From positions 1 to 64,000 of the forward strand of contig JBBQXJ010000001.1 of assembly GCA_038209745.1 (NCBI GenBank): a stretch of DNA of 64,000 nucleotides. The letters are read 5' to 3'. The stretch comes from Verrucomicrobiota bacterium (GTDB lineage: Bacteria > Verrucomicrobiota > Verrucomicrobiia > Limisphaerales > CANJSG01). Positions within the stretch are counted from its first letter, which is position 1. Each line of letters starts with the position of its first letter. Below the pieces are notes generated by a model. The model was given only the letters and a program-made list of their open reading frames with translations. It was not told where the DNA came from and searched no databases. A program made the translations under genes and the position numbers. Shown piece after piece: positions 30,194-40,054 of the stretch.

Positions 30194-30738
30194 GCGGTCT
30201 TGGCAAAGAGGTGGGCGAAGAGTTTGCGGGCTCGATGGAGTTTGCCCCGCACTGCGTCGGACGACTGCCCCGTCAGCTCGCCCACCGCGTCGTAGGAAAG
30301 CTCCTCATCGGCCACGAGCAACAGCACCAGGCGATACTGCACGGGCAGCTGATCGAGCGTTCGCTGGATCCGCTCGCCCAGCTCGCGGGACTCGATGACG
30401 CGCAACGGACAGTCCGAGGGCGGGGCGGCGTGAGACTCGATGGTGTCGTCTTCGGCACCGTGGATGTTCCGGTGCGCCCAAGAACTACGGAGGTTTTGAC
30501 AATGGTTGATGGCGATCCGGTAGAGCCAGGTGCGCATCTGGGCGTCGCCCCGGAACGCGCCCAGGCCGCGCCACGCTTTCAGGAACACGTCATGGGTCGC
30601 GTCCTGGGCCGTCGACTCGTCCGCCAGCAACCGCAGACAAAGGTAGTAGATGGAGCGCGAATGCTCCTCGTAGACCGTGGCCAGCTCCACCGGAAGAGCG
30701 GCCACGGGCTCGGCGTCGATCTGTTGCACAGGTTCCAC
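30190..30738 (-). CDS. ECF RNA polymerase sigma factor
   Basis: Region 2 AQDATHDVFLKAW...TWLYRIAIN; region 4 LSYDAVG...VRGKLHRAR. Confidence 0.93.
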   Translation of the reverse strand: MEPVQQIDAEPVAALPVELATVYEEHSRSIYYLCLRLLADESTAQDATHDVFLKAWRGLGAFRGDAQMRTWLYRIAINHCQNLRSSWAHRNIHGAEDDTIESHAAPPSDCPLRVIESRELGERIQRTLDQLPVQYRLVLLLVADEELSYDAVGELTGQSSDAVRGKLHRARKLFAHLFAKTA

Positions 30739-30872
30739 AAGCAGTTCCGGGGAATCAATCCGTGATTGGACCGGGCCAAAGCCGGGACGTCACGCGGGAA
30801 AGCGGAACGTGGAATGGGATCGCCCCACTTTTCGGCTCGCCGCCGGGATCCGCCACGCGATTGTTCCCGTGC

Positions 30873-32318
30873 ATGCACCCGACATTCTCCCTCTCCGGTT
30901 TGCGCCGCCTCGGATCGCTGGGACTGATCGCTCTCCTGCCGGCCACTCTTCACGCGGGAATGCGCCCGAGCCTGAACCCGACGGCCTTGGATCGCTACGT
31001 GGCCAAGGCGGATCCGGCTTTCGAATGGAAACTGGCCGCCACGCAGAACGGGAACGGCGGCTCAGTCTTCACCCTGAAGATGACTTCGCAGGAATGGCTC
31101 ACCACCAACGAAGTCGACCGCACGCGCTGGGAACATTGGCTCATCATCGCCAAACCGGAGAAGGTCACCCGCGACACCGCGCTTCTCTTCATTTCCGGCG
31201 GAGCAAACCGGGACGAGGCCGCGCCCGGCGCCTCGCGCGAAATCAGCACGATCGCCAAAGCCACGGGCTCCGTGGTGGCCGAGCTGAAGATGGTCCCGAA
31301 CCAGCCGCTGGTCTTCGGGGGCGACGGCAAAGACCGAACCGAGGACGACCTCATCGCCTACACCTGGGACAAGTTCCTCCGCACCGGCGATGAAAAATGG
31401 CCCGCACGCCTGCCCATGACCAAGGCGGCCGTGCGCGCGATGGACGCGGTGACGGCGTTTCTGGGATCGGTAGAGGGCGGCAAGACGAAGATCGACAAGT
31501 TCGTCGTGGCCGGCGCCTCGAAGCGTGGCTGGACGACCTGGACCACGGCGGCGGTGGACGACCGCGTCGTGGCCATCTGCCCCATCGTGATCGACGCGCT
31601 GAACGTGGAGGAATCCATGAAGCACCACTTCCAGGCCTATGGATTCTTTGCCCCGGCGGTGGGCAACTACATCGAGCACGGGATCATGGACTGGATCGGC
31701 ACGCCTGAGTCCGCGGCGCTCTACGCCATCGAGGATCCGTTCCGTTATCGCGACCGGTTGACGATGCCCAAGCTCCTGATCAACGCCTGCGGCGACCAGT
31801 TCTTCCTGCCCGACTCGTCCCGGTTCTACTTTGCCCAACTGACGGGACCGAAGTTCCTCCGCTACGTGCCGAACACGGACCATTCGCTGAAGAACAGCGA
31901 TGCCCTGGAGACGCTGACCGCATGGCATCATCTGATTCTCAGTGGCGGCAAATTCCCTGGATTCACCTGGCGGCATGGAGCGGATGGCTCGCTGACCGTC
32001 ACGGCCACCACCGCGCCCAAGCAGGTTCTGCTCTGGCAGGCGCACAACGATGCGGCGCGCGATTTTCGAATGGAGACGGTGGGTCCCATCTACCAGTCGT
32101 CGCAGGTGGAAAACAGCGGAAGCGGAAGCGCCGTCTATCGCGCCACAGTGCCGAAGCCGGCGAAAGGATGGACCGCCTACCTGATGGAAATGACCTTCGA
32201 CGTGGGCGCGCCGGTTCCCCTGAAGCTCACGACCGATGTGCGGGTGATCCCGGACACCCTGCCCTACGCGATGCCGGACAAGCCGAAGCCAAAAGGCTTC
32301 ATCACCGGACCGAAGTAG
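30873..32318 (+). CDS. PhoPQ-activated pathogenicity-related (PqaA family) exported hydrolase
   Basis: Signal peptide; MTSQEW, VPNQPL, EDDLIAYTW, GASKRGWTTW and GDQFFLPD. Confidence 0.88.
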   Translation: MHPTFSLSGLRRLGSLGLIALLPATLHAGMRPSLNPTALDRYVAKADPAFEWKLAATQNGNGGSVFTLKMTSQEWLTTNEVDRTRWEHWLIIAKPEKVTRDTALLFISGGANRDEAAPGASREISTIAKATGSVVAELKMVPNQPLVFGGDGKDRTEDDLIAYTWDKFLRTGDEKWPARLPMTKAAVRAMDAVTAFLGSVEGGKTKIDKFVVAGASKRGWTTWTTAAVDDRVVAICPIVIDALNVEESMKHHFQAYGFFAPAVGNYIEHGIMDWIGTPESAALYAIEDPFRYRDRLTMPKLLINACGDQFFLPDSSRFYFAQLTGPKFLRYVPNTDHSLKNSDALETLTAWHHLILSGGKFPGFTWRHGADGSLTVTATTAPKQVLLWQAHNDAARDFRMETVGPIYQSSQVENSGSGSAVYRATVPKPAKGWTAYLMEMTFDVGAPVPLKLTTDVRVIPDTLPYAMPDKPKPKGFITGPK

Positions 32319-32345
32319 CAGAAGAACTGCTTTCCGAACGGCGGT

Positions 32346-32777
32346 TCACTTCACCGGGAACCACTGGTAAAGGAAGAAGTAGACCAGCACGCCCGTCACG
32401 GAGACATACATCCAGAGCGGCCAAGTGATCTTGGCGATCTTCTTGTGCAGCTCGAAGCGTTGCTTGAAGGCGCGGTTCATGGTGACCAGCACCAGCGGCA
32501 CGATCGCGATGGCGAGGATGATGTGGGAGATCAACATCACGTAGTAGAAGGTCCGGATGAACCCCTCTCCACCGAACGGCGTGTGGACCCCTTTCACCAG
32601 AATCTTGTGCAGCACGTAGCACACGAGGAACACGCAGGAGACGGCGAAGGCCGTGATCATGCACTTGGCGTGGGCCTTCTTCTTTCCCTGCTTGATCAAG
32701 ACGAAGCCGATGATCAGGAGGATGCCGGCGATGGCGTTCAGCGTGGCGTTGATCGGCGGAAGAATGGAGGGATCCAT
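32346..32777 (-). CDS. DUF420 membrane protein (oxidase assembly associated)
   Basis: Four TM segments; LPPINATLN, H..CM, HIILA and WMYVSVTG. Confidence 0.9.
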   Translation of the reverse strand: MDPSILPPINATLNAIAGILLIIGFVLIKQGKKKAHAKCMITAFAVSCVFLVCYVLHKILVKGVHTPFGGEGFIRTFYYVMLISHIILAIAIVPLVLVTMNRAFKQRFELHKKIAKITWPLWMYVSVTGVLVYFFLYQWFPVK

Positions 32778-32779
32778 GG

Positions 32780-33403
32780 TCAATGTTCTTTCAGTAACCG
32801 CCGGACCGCACCGCGAAGTTCCTCTTTCTTCTCGGGAAGCGTGGCGTCGAACCACCCGCGAATCCGACCCTGTTGATCGACGAGGACACAATAAGGACCG
32901 TGAAGGAAAAGGTCGTTCGGATCGACGCGGTGGGTCTCCGCGTTGTCCGTCATGAGGAACTTGAGCCCATTGACCCCAAGCTCCTGCACGTCGCTCTTCA
33001 GACCCGTCAGTAGCCACCAGCGGTCCGCGTTTGCCGAATACTTGTCGCCGTGTTTCTTCAGGACTTCCGGAGTGTCGTGTTCGGTATCCGCCGTAAGGGA
33101 AACCAGCCGGAAGTCGGGTTCGACGGCAAACTCCCGCTGCAGATCGCGAAAGTGCGCGGACAGGGTCGGACAGAGCGAAGGACATCGGGTAAAGATGGCG
33201 TTTGCGACCCAGACTTTGCCGGACAGCTGTTCCGATCCGACCACGAGCCCAAGCTGGTTGGTCAGATGGAACGCGGGCACTTGTCCGAAGATGCCCGGCA
33301 CGGGTGCCCGGCCACTACGCTCGCGGACGAAGACGACGGCGATGACCACGGTCACGCCGATGAGGACGCTCCAGGTGATCCATTCATGGCTGCGTTGTCG
33401 CAC
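32780..33403 (-). CDS. SCO family copper chaperone
   Basis: N-terminal TM; FTRCPSLCP (CxxxC) and a distal His. Probable GTG start. Confidence 0.9.
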   Translation of the reverse strand: MRQRSHEWITWSVLIGVTVVIAVVFVRERSGRAPVPGIFGQVPAFHLTNQLGLVVGSEQLSGKVWVANAIFTRCPSLCPTLSAHFRDLQREFAVEPDFRLVSLTADTEHDTPEVLKKHGDKYSANADRWWLLTGLKSDVQELGVNGLKFLMTDNAETHRVDPNDLFLHGPYCVLVDQQGRIRGWFDATLPEKKEELRGAVRRLLKEH

Positions 33404-33427
33404 GTTCAAAGAGTCGCAGGGTGGAAC

Positions 33428-33455
33428 AAAAAACCCGAGGCGCAAGGCCCCGGGT
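33428..33455 (-). terminator. Intrinsic terminator after oxidase subunit II
   Basis: Minus strand acccggggcc-ttgc-gcctcgggt followed by a T run. Confidence 0.7.
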
Positions 33456-33485
33456 GGAACGGCTCATAAATGGGCCGGAACGCGG

Positions 33486-34256
33486 TCACTCGAAACCGCC
33501 CGCCCCGCCGCCACCGGCGGTCGACGCTTGTTCTGAGAACCACTTGTCGTAGTCCGCCTGGGTCTTGACCGTGATGGTGCCGCGCATCAAGGCATGGCCT
33601 TGGCCACAGAGCTGGGCGCAGGTCAGTAGATAGGTCCCCGTTTTGATCGGTTTGAAGCTGTTGGGAATCATGATGCCGGGGATCGCGTCCTGTTGGGAGC
33701 GCATGGCATGCACCGCGAAGCCGTGGATGACGTCCATCGACGTGACATAGAAGATCGCGTCCTTGTTGACCGGAATCACGATGTCATTGAACTTCATGAA
33801 GTCGTCCTTGCCCGTCGGATCGGCTGGATCCAAGCCCAGCTTGTTGTCCGCGCTGATGAACTTGATGTCGGAAGCGCCGAACTTGCCGTCAGCTCCCGGA
33901 TAGCGGGCATTCCAGCCGAACTGTTGGGCAATGATCCGGATCACTGTGGAATTGGCTTCAGGCGGGAAATCCTTCGCCGCCCGGGCCCAGAGCGGGATCG
34001 CGAACCCGATGAGCAGCACGGCTTCGATGACGGCCACAACGCCTTCCAAATAGGTGGACATGTGGCTCTTAACCCCGACGTAGTCCGCGCGCGGATTCCG
34101 GCCGGCGCGGAAGCGATATAGACTGAAAAGGAAATAAGCCAACCAGCCAACGAACAACGCGGCCATCAGCAGATGGACGTAGAGGATAAATTGGTCGGTG
34201 CTGGCCCCGTGCGCCGAGGCGTGGGACGCCATCCCGGGGAAATGATACGTTTCCAT
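33486..34256 (-). CDS. coxB: Cytochrome c oxidase subunit II
   Basis: Two TM segments, QQFGW, DVIHGF and CuA motif CAQLCGQGHALM. No CxxCH heme c. Confidence 0.95.
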   Translation of the reverse strand: METYHFPGMASHASAHGASTDQFILYVHLLMAALFVGWLAYFLFSLYRFRAGRNPRADYVGVKSHMSTYLEGVVAVIEAVLLIGFAIPLWARAAKDFPPEANSTVIRIIAQQFGWNARYPGADGKFGASDIKFISADNKLGLDPADPTGKDDFMKFNDIVIPVNKDAIFYVTSMDVIHGFAVHAMRSQQDAIPGIMIPNSFKPIKTGTYLLTCAQLCGQGHALMRGTITVKTQADYDKWFSEQASTAGGGGAGGFE

Positions 34257-34258
34257 GC

Positions 34259-34534
34259 TTAGTCGTTGTCTGTCAGAGATTCATCAGAGGCGTCGTCCAG
34301 TGCCTGGCGCGCTTCGAGCGCAGCCGTGCGCTTGGCGACGTATACAAAGAAGGAGACCAAGCCGCCCAAGACCAACCCGATCACGGCCATAAGGGACAGG
34401 ATCCCCATGTTCATCCCCTCGGCCATCTTGGAGTCGCTCCTGCCGAAACAGGCGGCGCAGGCCCAAGTATTGGGAGATGCCACCAGCAACAGAGCAGCGG
34501 CGGCCACAAAACCGGAACGAAAACGGTTCTTCAT
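34259..34534 (-). CDS. Small membrane protein with CxxC motif
   Basis: Signal-like N-terminus, ACAACFG, one TM segment; overlaps the upstream stop. Confidence 0.75.
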   Translation of the reverse strand: MKNRFRSGFVAAAALLLVASPNTWACAACFGRSDSKMAEGMNMGILSLMAVIGLVLGGLVSFFVYVAKRTAALEARQALDDASDESLTDND

Positions 34535-34737
34535 AAGTAGCTGATGTTTTTGAGTTTCTTGAACACGAGCCGCCCATAGACGACCAATGCCACGGCGCAA
34601 ACCGCCGAGCCGATGCCCAACGCGAGATCGGTCCGATCCTTGGACTCGCCCCACGCTTGGAGGAACCAAACGGCGAGCCAAGCAGTCAGGGCGACCGAGG
34701 CGGTGACGAACACGAGGTGGAGGGCTTTCAGGGACAT
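34531..34737 (-). CDS. Small two-TM membrane protein
   Basis: 68 aa, MSLKALHLVF..., tightly packed within the operon. Confidence 0.75.
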   Translation of the reverse strand: MSLKALHLVFVTASVALTAWLAVWFLQAWGESKDRTDLALGIGSAVCAVALVVYGRLVFKKLKNISYL

Positions 34738-34747
34738 GGAGCGTTCC

Positions 34748-35164
34748 TCAATGGTGGGCGGGAGCGACAGCCGCAGCGTGGGCCGCTCCTCCCGTGGTTG
34801 AATGTTGGTTCAATCCGCCGCCGATCAGACTGCTGCCGGTCATGGACCAGATGGTGATGAAGCTGAGGGCCACAAAAAAGAAGATCGTAACCACCATGAC
34901 GGAGTAGATGAGCTTTTTTTCCGAGATGAGATGCATGAACCATCCGGCGACCAAAGTTCCCTTGACGGAGGCGATGGCAAGGCCGATGGCGATGTTCTTC
35001 CAGTGCTCCCCGAAATCGATATAGGAGATCGCCACGGTCAGAATCGTGCCGAGGATCAGCATGGCGAAAATGAGCATATAGACCTTGATGTGGGCCTTGA
35101 TATGCTCGATTTCGTGCGGGTCGTGCCCGTCTTCGGCGTGGGCGTCGGATGCGTGTTCGGCCAT
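34748..35164 (-). CDS. Cytochrome c oxidase subunit IV family protein
   Basis: His-rich N-terminus, three TM segments, K..LVAGWFMHL motif. Confidence 0.88.
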   Translation of the reverse strand: MAEHASDAHAEDGHDPHEIEHIKAHIKVYMLIFAMLILGTILTVAISYIDFGEHWKNIAIGLAIASVKGTLVAGWFMHLISEKKLIYSVMVVTIFFFVALSFITIWSMTGSSLIGGGLNQHSTTGGAAHAAAVAPAHH

Positions 35165-35177
35165 AAACAGTTTTCGT

Positions 35178-36026
35178 TTACAGGAGGTAGAGGACCGGGA
35201 AGAGGAAGATCCAGACAAGATCGACGAAATGCCAGAAGAGGCCGCAGACCTCCACTCGGTTGGTGAAGCGTTCGGGATTCGTCTTCCACATGCGGGAGCC
35301 GGGCAGCCAGAGATAGCCGATGACCAGTGCGCCCCCCACGACATGCAACGCGTGCAGACCGGTCATGGTGAAATAAATCGCAAAGTAGGTGCTCTGCTGG
35401 GGGCCCCAGAAGGTCAGTCTCTTGATGTCCGACATCTTGATCTTCTCGGGTTCATGGGAGGCATGGGCCTCGTCTCCGGATCCATGCTCCGCCGAAGCCT
35501 CGGCGTGCCCCTTCTGCGGGTCCTTGAGAAAGGTGATCTCCTCGACCTTGGCTTGGCGCAGTTTCCGGTCGGTCATGAAATACTGCTTCGGCTCGAGATG
35601 GCCGGTGAAGGCCGTGCCGTCTTTCAGGACGAGATGGTAGTGGGAGAACTTGGCGGCGTATTCGGCGGACTTGATGCCGCAGAAAAGGATCGCGCAGGCG
35701 ACCGTGATTCCTTGGTACATGAAGAACTTGTTGAAATTCTTCATTTTCAGCGACGCCCACGCCATGACAACGGTGACGGATGAAACGATCAGGACCAAGG
35801 TATTGATCGCGCCCATTGGAACGTTGAGCAGTCCGTCCGAGTGGCTCGGCCACGCGGCCAACGCCGGCCAGACCAGCTTGGGATCCGCGCCCACCCGCAA
35901 GAGGATGTAGGACGAGAACAGCGCTCCGAACAGCATGATTTCGGAGGCCAGAAACAGCCAGATGCCGACCTTGGCGTTGTAGAGCCCTGTATCGGGACGG
36001 GGTTTCGTTGTATAGGGGATGTCCAT
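35178..36026 (-). CDS. coxC: Cytochrome c oxidase subunit III
   Basis: WLFLASEIMLF, TGLHALHV and FWHFVDLVW. Confidence 0.95.
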   Translation of the reverse strand: MDIPYTTKPRPDTGLYNAKVGIWLFLASEIMLFGALFSSYILLRVGADPKLVWPALAAWPSHSDGLLNVPMGAINTLVLIVSSVTVVMAWASLKMKNFNKFFMYQGITVACAILFCGIKSAEYAAKFSHYHLVLKDGTAFTGHLEPKQYFMTDRKLRQAKVEEITFLKDPQKGHAEASAEHGSGDEAHASHEPEKIKMSDIKRLTFWGPQQSTYFAIYFTMTGLHALHVVGGALVIGYLWLPGSRMWKTNPERFTNRVEVCGLFWHFVDLVWIFLFPVLYLL

Positions 36027-36035
36027 GACGGGAGC

Positions 36036-37892
36036 TTAAGCGTGGGACTTCTTGGATTCGCGTTCGGGGCTCAAGGGAGCGTTCTGGGGCGTGAAGTCGG
36101 TCTTCGCACCCGGCACACTGTATTCATACGGCCCTCGGACCACGGTGGGAACAACGGCGAAGTTTCCGTGCGGCGGCGGAGTCGGCGTCGCCCATTCAAG
36201 CGTGGTGGCGTCCCAAGGATTGTCGGAGGTGATCTTCTCTCCCTTCCGCATGCTGATGACGAGATTCAGGATGAAGGGGATCTGGGCGATGGCCAAACAC
36301 ACGGCGGCCCACGAGATGTGCTCGTTGAGCTTGATGATGCCTTCGGAGAGCGCGTCGGGGAAACCTTGGTTCACTGGATTGGCGGCGGCGTAGGTCGCAC
36401 CGCCGTCGGACATGCGACGATGCATTCCGGCGAGGCCCTGCAGGAACATCGGCGCGAAGATGGCGTTCATGAAGATGAACGACAGCCAGAAGTGGGTCTT
36501 GCCCCAGAACACGTTCATCTGTCTCCCCGTCATCTTGGGATACCAATGATATATTCCAGCAAAGAGACCGAAGATCGTTCCCGGAGCCACCACGTAGTGG
36601 AAGTGGGCGATGATGTAGTAGGTGTCGTGGAGCTGGATGTCGGAGGCGTTGAAGCCGAGCGGGAGACCGGTCAAACCGCCGATGCCGAACATCACCATGA
36701 ACGCCAAGGCGAAGTGCATCGGGACGTTGAATCGGATCGAGCCACCCCAAAGCGATATGAACAGGCACGTCAGAATGATCACCGAGGGGATCGAGATCAT
36801 CATCGTGGTGGTCTGGAAGAACGTGGAGATCTTCGTGCCCATGCCCGTGAGATACATGTGATGGGCCCAGACGATGAAAGAAAGGAAACCGATGCCGAGA
36901 ACGGCATAGACCATCGAGCGGTAGCCCCAGATCGGCTTGCGGGTGTTGTTCGCCACGATCTCCGTCACAATCCCGATCGCGGGCAGGATCAACACATAGA
37001 CCTCGGGGTGGCCCAGGAACCAAAAGAGATGCTGCCAAAGCAGCGGGCTGCCGCCGCCGCTGACATCCAGCGGATTACCAGAAACAACCAAGCCGGAGGG
37101 TAGGAAGAAACTGGTGTGGAAGAAATTATCCATCAACTGGAGGACGCTGGCCGCCTCCAAGGGCGGAAACGCGAGCAACAGCAGGAAGGCCGTCACGAAC
37201 TGGGCCCAGGTGAAGAAGGGCAACCGCATCCAGGTCATCCCCTTGGCGCGAAGCTGGATGATCGTGGTGATGAAGTTGACCGCGCCGAGAAGCGACGCGG
37301 TGATGTTGAACACCATTCCGATCAACCAGAAAGTCTGGCCGTTCCATTGGTGGTTGAGGTCGTTGACCGAGGCCAGGGGCGAATACGACGTCCAACCGGA
37401 CTTGGCCGCACCCGCCGGAGTGAAGAAACTGGCGAACATGATCAAGCCGCTCAGGAGGAAGATCCAATAGCTCGCCATGTTGAGCCTGGGAAAGGCCATG
37501 TCGGGCGCGCCAATCTGGAGCGGCGTCACGTAGTTGCCGAAGGCGCCGAAGGCCAAGGGCACGACCGCGAGGAACACCATGATCGTCCCGTGCATCGCCC
37601 CGAAAGAGTTGTAGAGATCCGGCGAGATGATGCCGCCCTGGGCCAGATCCGTGCCGAACACAGTCTGGAAGAACGCCCCTACAATCGGGACGGCCTTGCC
37701 TGGATAGGCGATCTGCCACCGCATGGCCAGCATCAGGAAGAATCCGAGCAGCATGAAGACCAGGGCGGTCAATCCGTATTGGATGCCGATGATCTTGTGA
37801 TCGGTGGAGAAGATGTATTTGCGCCAGAAACCCAACTCTTCGTGATGATGGGCTTCGTGCGCCTCATGAGAGTGAGCAGCTTGATGTGCCAT
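36036..37892 (-). CDS. coxA: Heme-copper oxidase subunit I, A1-type motif
   Basis: STDHK, MHG, PDMAFPRLN, GHPEVY, WAHHM, HDTY, AHFHY and HRR. Confidence 0.97.
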   Translation of the reverse strand: MAHQAAHSHEAHEAHHHEELGFWRKYIFSTDHKIIGIQYGLTALVFMLLGFFLMLAMRWQIAYPGKAVPIVGAFFQTVFGTDLAQGGIISPDLYNSFGAMHGTIMVFLAVVPLAFGAFGNYVTPLQIGAPDMAFPRLNMASYWIFLLSGLIMFASFFTPAGAAKSGWTSYSPLASVNDLNHQWNGQTFWLIGMVFNITASLLGAVNFITTIIQLRAKGMTWMRLPFFTWAQFVTAFLLLLAFPPLEAASVLQLMDNFFHTSFFLPSGLVVSGNPLDVSGGGSPLLWQHLFWFLGHPEVYVLILPAIGIVTEIVANNTRKPIWGYRSMVYAVLGIGFLSFIVWAHHMYLTGMGTKISTFFQTTTMMISIPSVIILTCLFISLWGGSIRFNVPMHFALAFMVMFGIGGLTGLPLGFNASDIQLHDTYYIIAHFHYVVAPGTIFGLFAGIYHWYPKMTGRQMNVFWGKTHFWLSFIFMNAIFAPMFLQGLAGMHRRMSDGGATYAAANPVNQGFPDALSEGIIKLNEHISWAAVCLAIAQIPFILNLVISMRKGEKITSDNPWDATTLEWATPTPPPHGNFAVVPTVVRGPYEYSVPGAKTDFTPQNAPLSPERESKKSHA

Positions 37893-38000
37893 AACTTGTT
37901 TCCGTTGCGGATCTGAAAAAACGAATTTGTTCACTGAGGGCGGCTGTCTCTGCAAGAGAACTCACTCGGAGCCCCGCAGAATTCAGCAGCCGTTATCGGG

Positions 38001-38906
38001 TCACGGTTTGATCTTATCGACCACCATCAACACCAGAAGGATCGGGAGATACAGAATTGACGCGAAAAACAAGCCGCGGGCGGCTCCGCTCGAAAGCTGC
38101 CGTGCGAAACGAACCGCGGCCCACAGCATGGCGCCTCCAGCCAGAAGAGCTCCCACCAAGTAAAGCGGGCCAACCAGCTTCAACGCCACCGGCGCCAAGC
38201 TCACCGGGATGAGGCCAAGCGTGTGGCTAACGGCTTGGGATCCAGTTTTGCGACCGGAAGCGTCCAATACAGGGAGCATTGCGTAGCCGGCCTTACGGTA
38301 GTCGTCGCGATACAACCAGGCGATCGCAAGAAAATGGGGCAGTTGCCAGAAAAACAAGATCGCAAAGAGCGACCAGCCGCCGGCCGAAATCTGGTCGGTG
38401 GCCGCAGCCCAACCCATCAGAGGGGGCAGCGCGCCGGGAATCGCCCCGATGGCGGTGTTCAGCGTAGTGACGCGTTTGAGGGGAGTGTAGACGAACAGAT
38501 AGGTCAGCAGGGTGGTGGCACCAAGGAGAGCCGTCAGCGAATTGACCAACGTCGCCAAAATCGCCAACCCACCCACCGACATGGCAGCCCCTAGAAGGAG
38601 AACTGTTCCAGGCTGAAGTTCACCCGAAGGCAAAGGGCGGGAAGACGTCCGGTCCATCCGCGCATCGTGGTTCCGTTCGATGTATTGGTTGAGCGCCGAC
38701 GCTCCTGAGGCGACCAGTGCGGTGCCGATCAGCGTTGCGGCGAGAACGTCCCAGCGGGCAGCACCGCTCGTGCCCAGATAGAACCCGACGACAGTGGTCA
38801 ACACGACCAAAAAGGTCAGGCGGGCCTTGAACAAATCAGCCAAGATCGCCGCCATTCCCCGTTGTATCGGAGCGGCAACCAAAATGGTGGGCGCGGAGAC
38901 TTTCAT
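38001..38906 (-). CDS. ctaB: Protoheme IX farnesyltransferase (heme o synthase)
   Basis: D..MDRT..RPLP, YTPLKR, GAIPGALPP and FWQLPHF. Confidence 0.95.
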   Translation of the reverse strand: MKVSAPTILVAAPIQRGMAAILADLFKARLTFLVVLTTVVGFYLGTSGAARWDVLAATLIGTALVASGASALNQYIERNHDARMDRTSSRPLPSGELQPGTVLLLGAAMSVGGLAILATLVNSLTALLGATTLLTYLFVYTPLKRVTTLNTAIGAIPGALPPLMGWAAATDQISAGGWSLFAILFFWQLPHFLAIAWLYRDDYRKAGYAMLPVLDASGRKTGSQAVSHTLGLIPVSLAPVALKLVGPLYLVGALLAGGAMLWAAVRFARQLSSGAARGLFFASILYLPILLVLMVVDKIKP

Positions 38907-39991
38907 GCTTTGAGGACAAGGGCCGGATCAACCATCGATGAGCTGGGAAGTTTTTCGGATTTAGACGAAAGAATCAACTGAAACGACACCAGAGCGAAGA
39001 GAGCTCCGGTCACGAGCGACAGAGCTCCGACTGCCATGTGGGCTGTAGCCACGTCCGCCGCCTTTCCAGTCCAGATCGTCGCGGCTCCCAGCGATACCTG
39101 GATCAAGATGAGCCCGAACCAAAGACCGGCAAACATCCGGAGAATGTGAGCCTTGGGAAACAACCTCCGAATCAGGACGAAGCAGGCGAAGATCCATGTC
39201 GCGATTCCAACGGCTAGGATTCGATGAACCATCTGCAAGACGATCTGCACCGGGGTTATGTCCTCGAATGCGACTGCGGAGATTCGAGCCCGGTTATAGC
39301 CGGCCACCGCATCGGCGGAGGTGTCAGGCCAGACTTGGCCGTAGGCCAGCGGAAAATCGGGAATAGCCAGACCCGCGTGTTGGTGGCGCATGGTGGCACC
39401 AATCAACAGCTGGCAGAAAATCAACACCGTTCCCACTGTCACCAAACCCCTCGCCTTTTTCAGTGCGGACACGTCCGTCGGCGAAGTAGATGAGAGCCGC
39501 CTCCAGAGCCTCGAAGTCATCAGGACAAGGGCGGCCAGCAGGGACAGAAACAACTGGGCGACTGCGGCATGAAATACACCGAAGATCGCACCCAAATTCG
39601 TATTTCCGACGATTTGAGCATCAAAAACCACTCGAAATCCACCGAGCACCCCTTGGATGATCACCCCGAAGAAAGCCACAAGACCCAGTTTTTTGAGCGT
39701 CGGACTTGCTTTTGAAAACCACAGCCAAACGGCAAGCGACAAGGTCAAAAGACCCACCAGGGAGCCTTTCAATCGATGCGAATGTTCCCAGAAGACCCCA
39801 CCCTCCCGCCATTTGTTCCAAGGGAGGAGGAACATGTTGTAGCCGTAGCTGTTGGGCCAGTCAGGCACTGACATGCCGACCCCTTTGCTTGTCACCATGC
39901 CTCCGACACAAAGAAGGAACACCGTGGCCACCGCAGTGGCCCACGCCAGACGATGCACTCCCTGCAAGGGATTCTGCTCGGAAGGGTTCAC
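38903..39991 (-). CDS. ctaA: COX15/CtaA family heme A synthase
   Basis: GMSVPDWP, EHSHR, GVFHA, GLAIPDFP, VHR and AH motifs. Start uncertain (39991 or 40039). Confidence 0.9.
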   Translation of the reverse strand: MNPSEQNPLQGVHRLAWATAVATVFLLCVGGMVTSKGVGMSVPDWPNSYGYNMFLLPWNKWREGGVFWEHSHRLKGSLVGLLTLSLAVWLWFSKASPTLKKLGLVAFFGVIIQGVLGGFRVVFDAQIVGNTNLGAIFGVFHAAVAQLFLSLLAALVLMTSRLWRRLSSTSPTDVSALKKARGLVTVGTVLIFCQLLIGATMRHQHAGLAIPDFPLAYGQVWPDTSADAVAGYNRARISAVAFEDITPVQIVLQMVHRILAVGIATWIFACFVLIRRLFPKAHILRMFAGLWFGLILIQVSLGAATIWTGKAADVATAHMAVGALSLVTGALFALVSFQLILSSKSEKLPSSSMVDPALVLKA

Positions 39992-40054
39992 GGACGACGT
40001 TTTAGAAAAAGAGCCGGCGGCGTTCAGCCGCCGGCTCACGTGGCTTGAGAGTGA

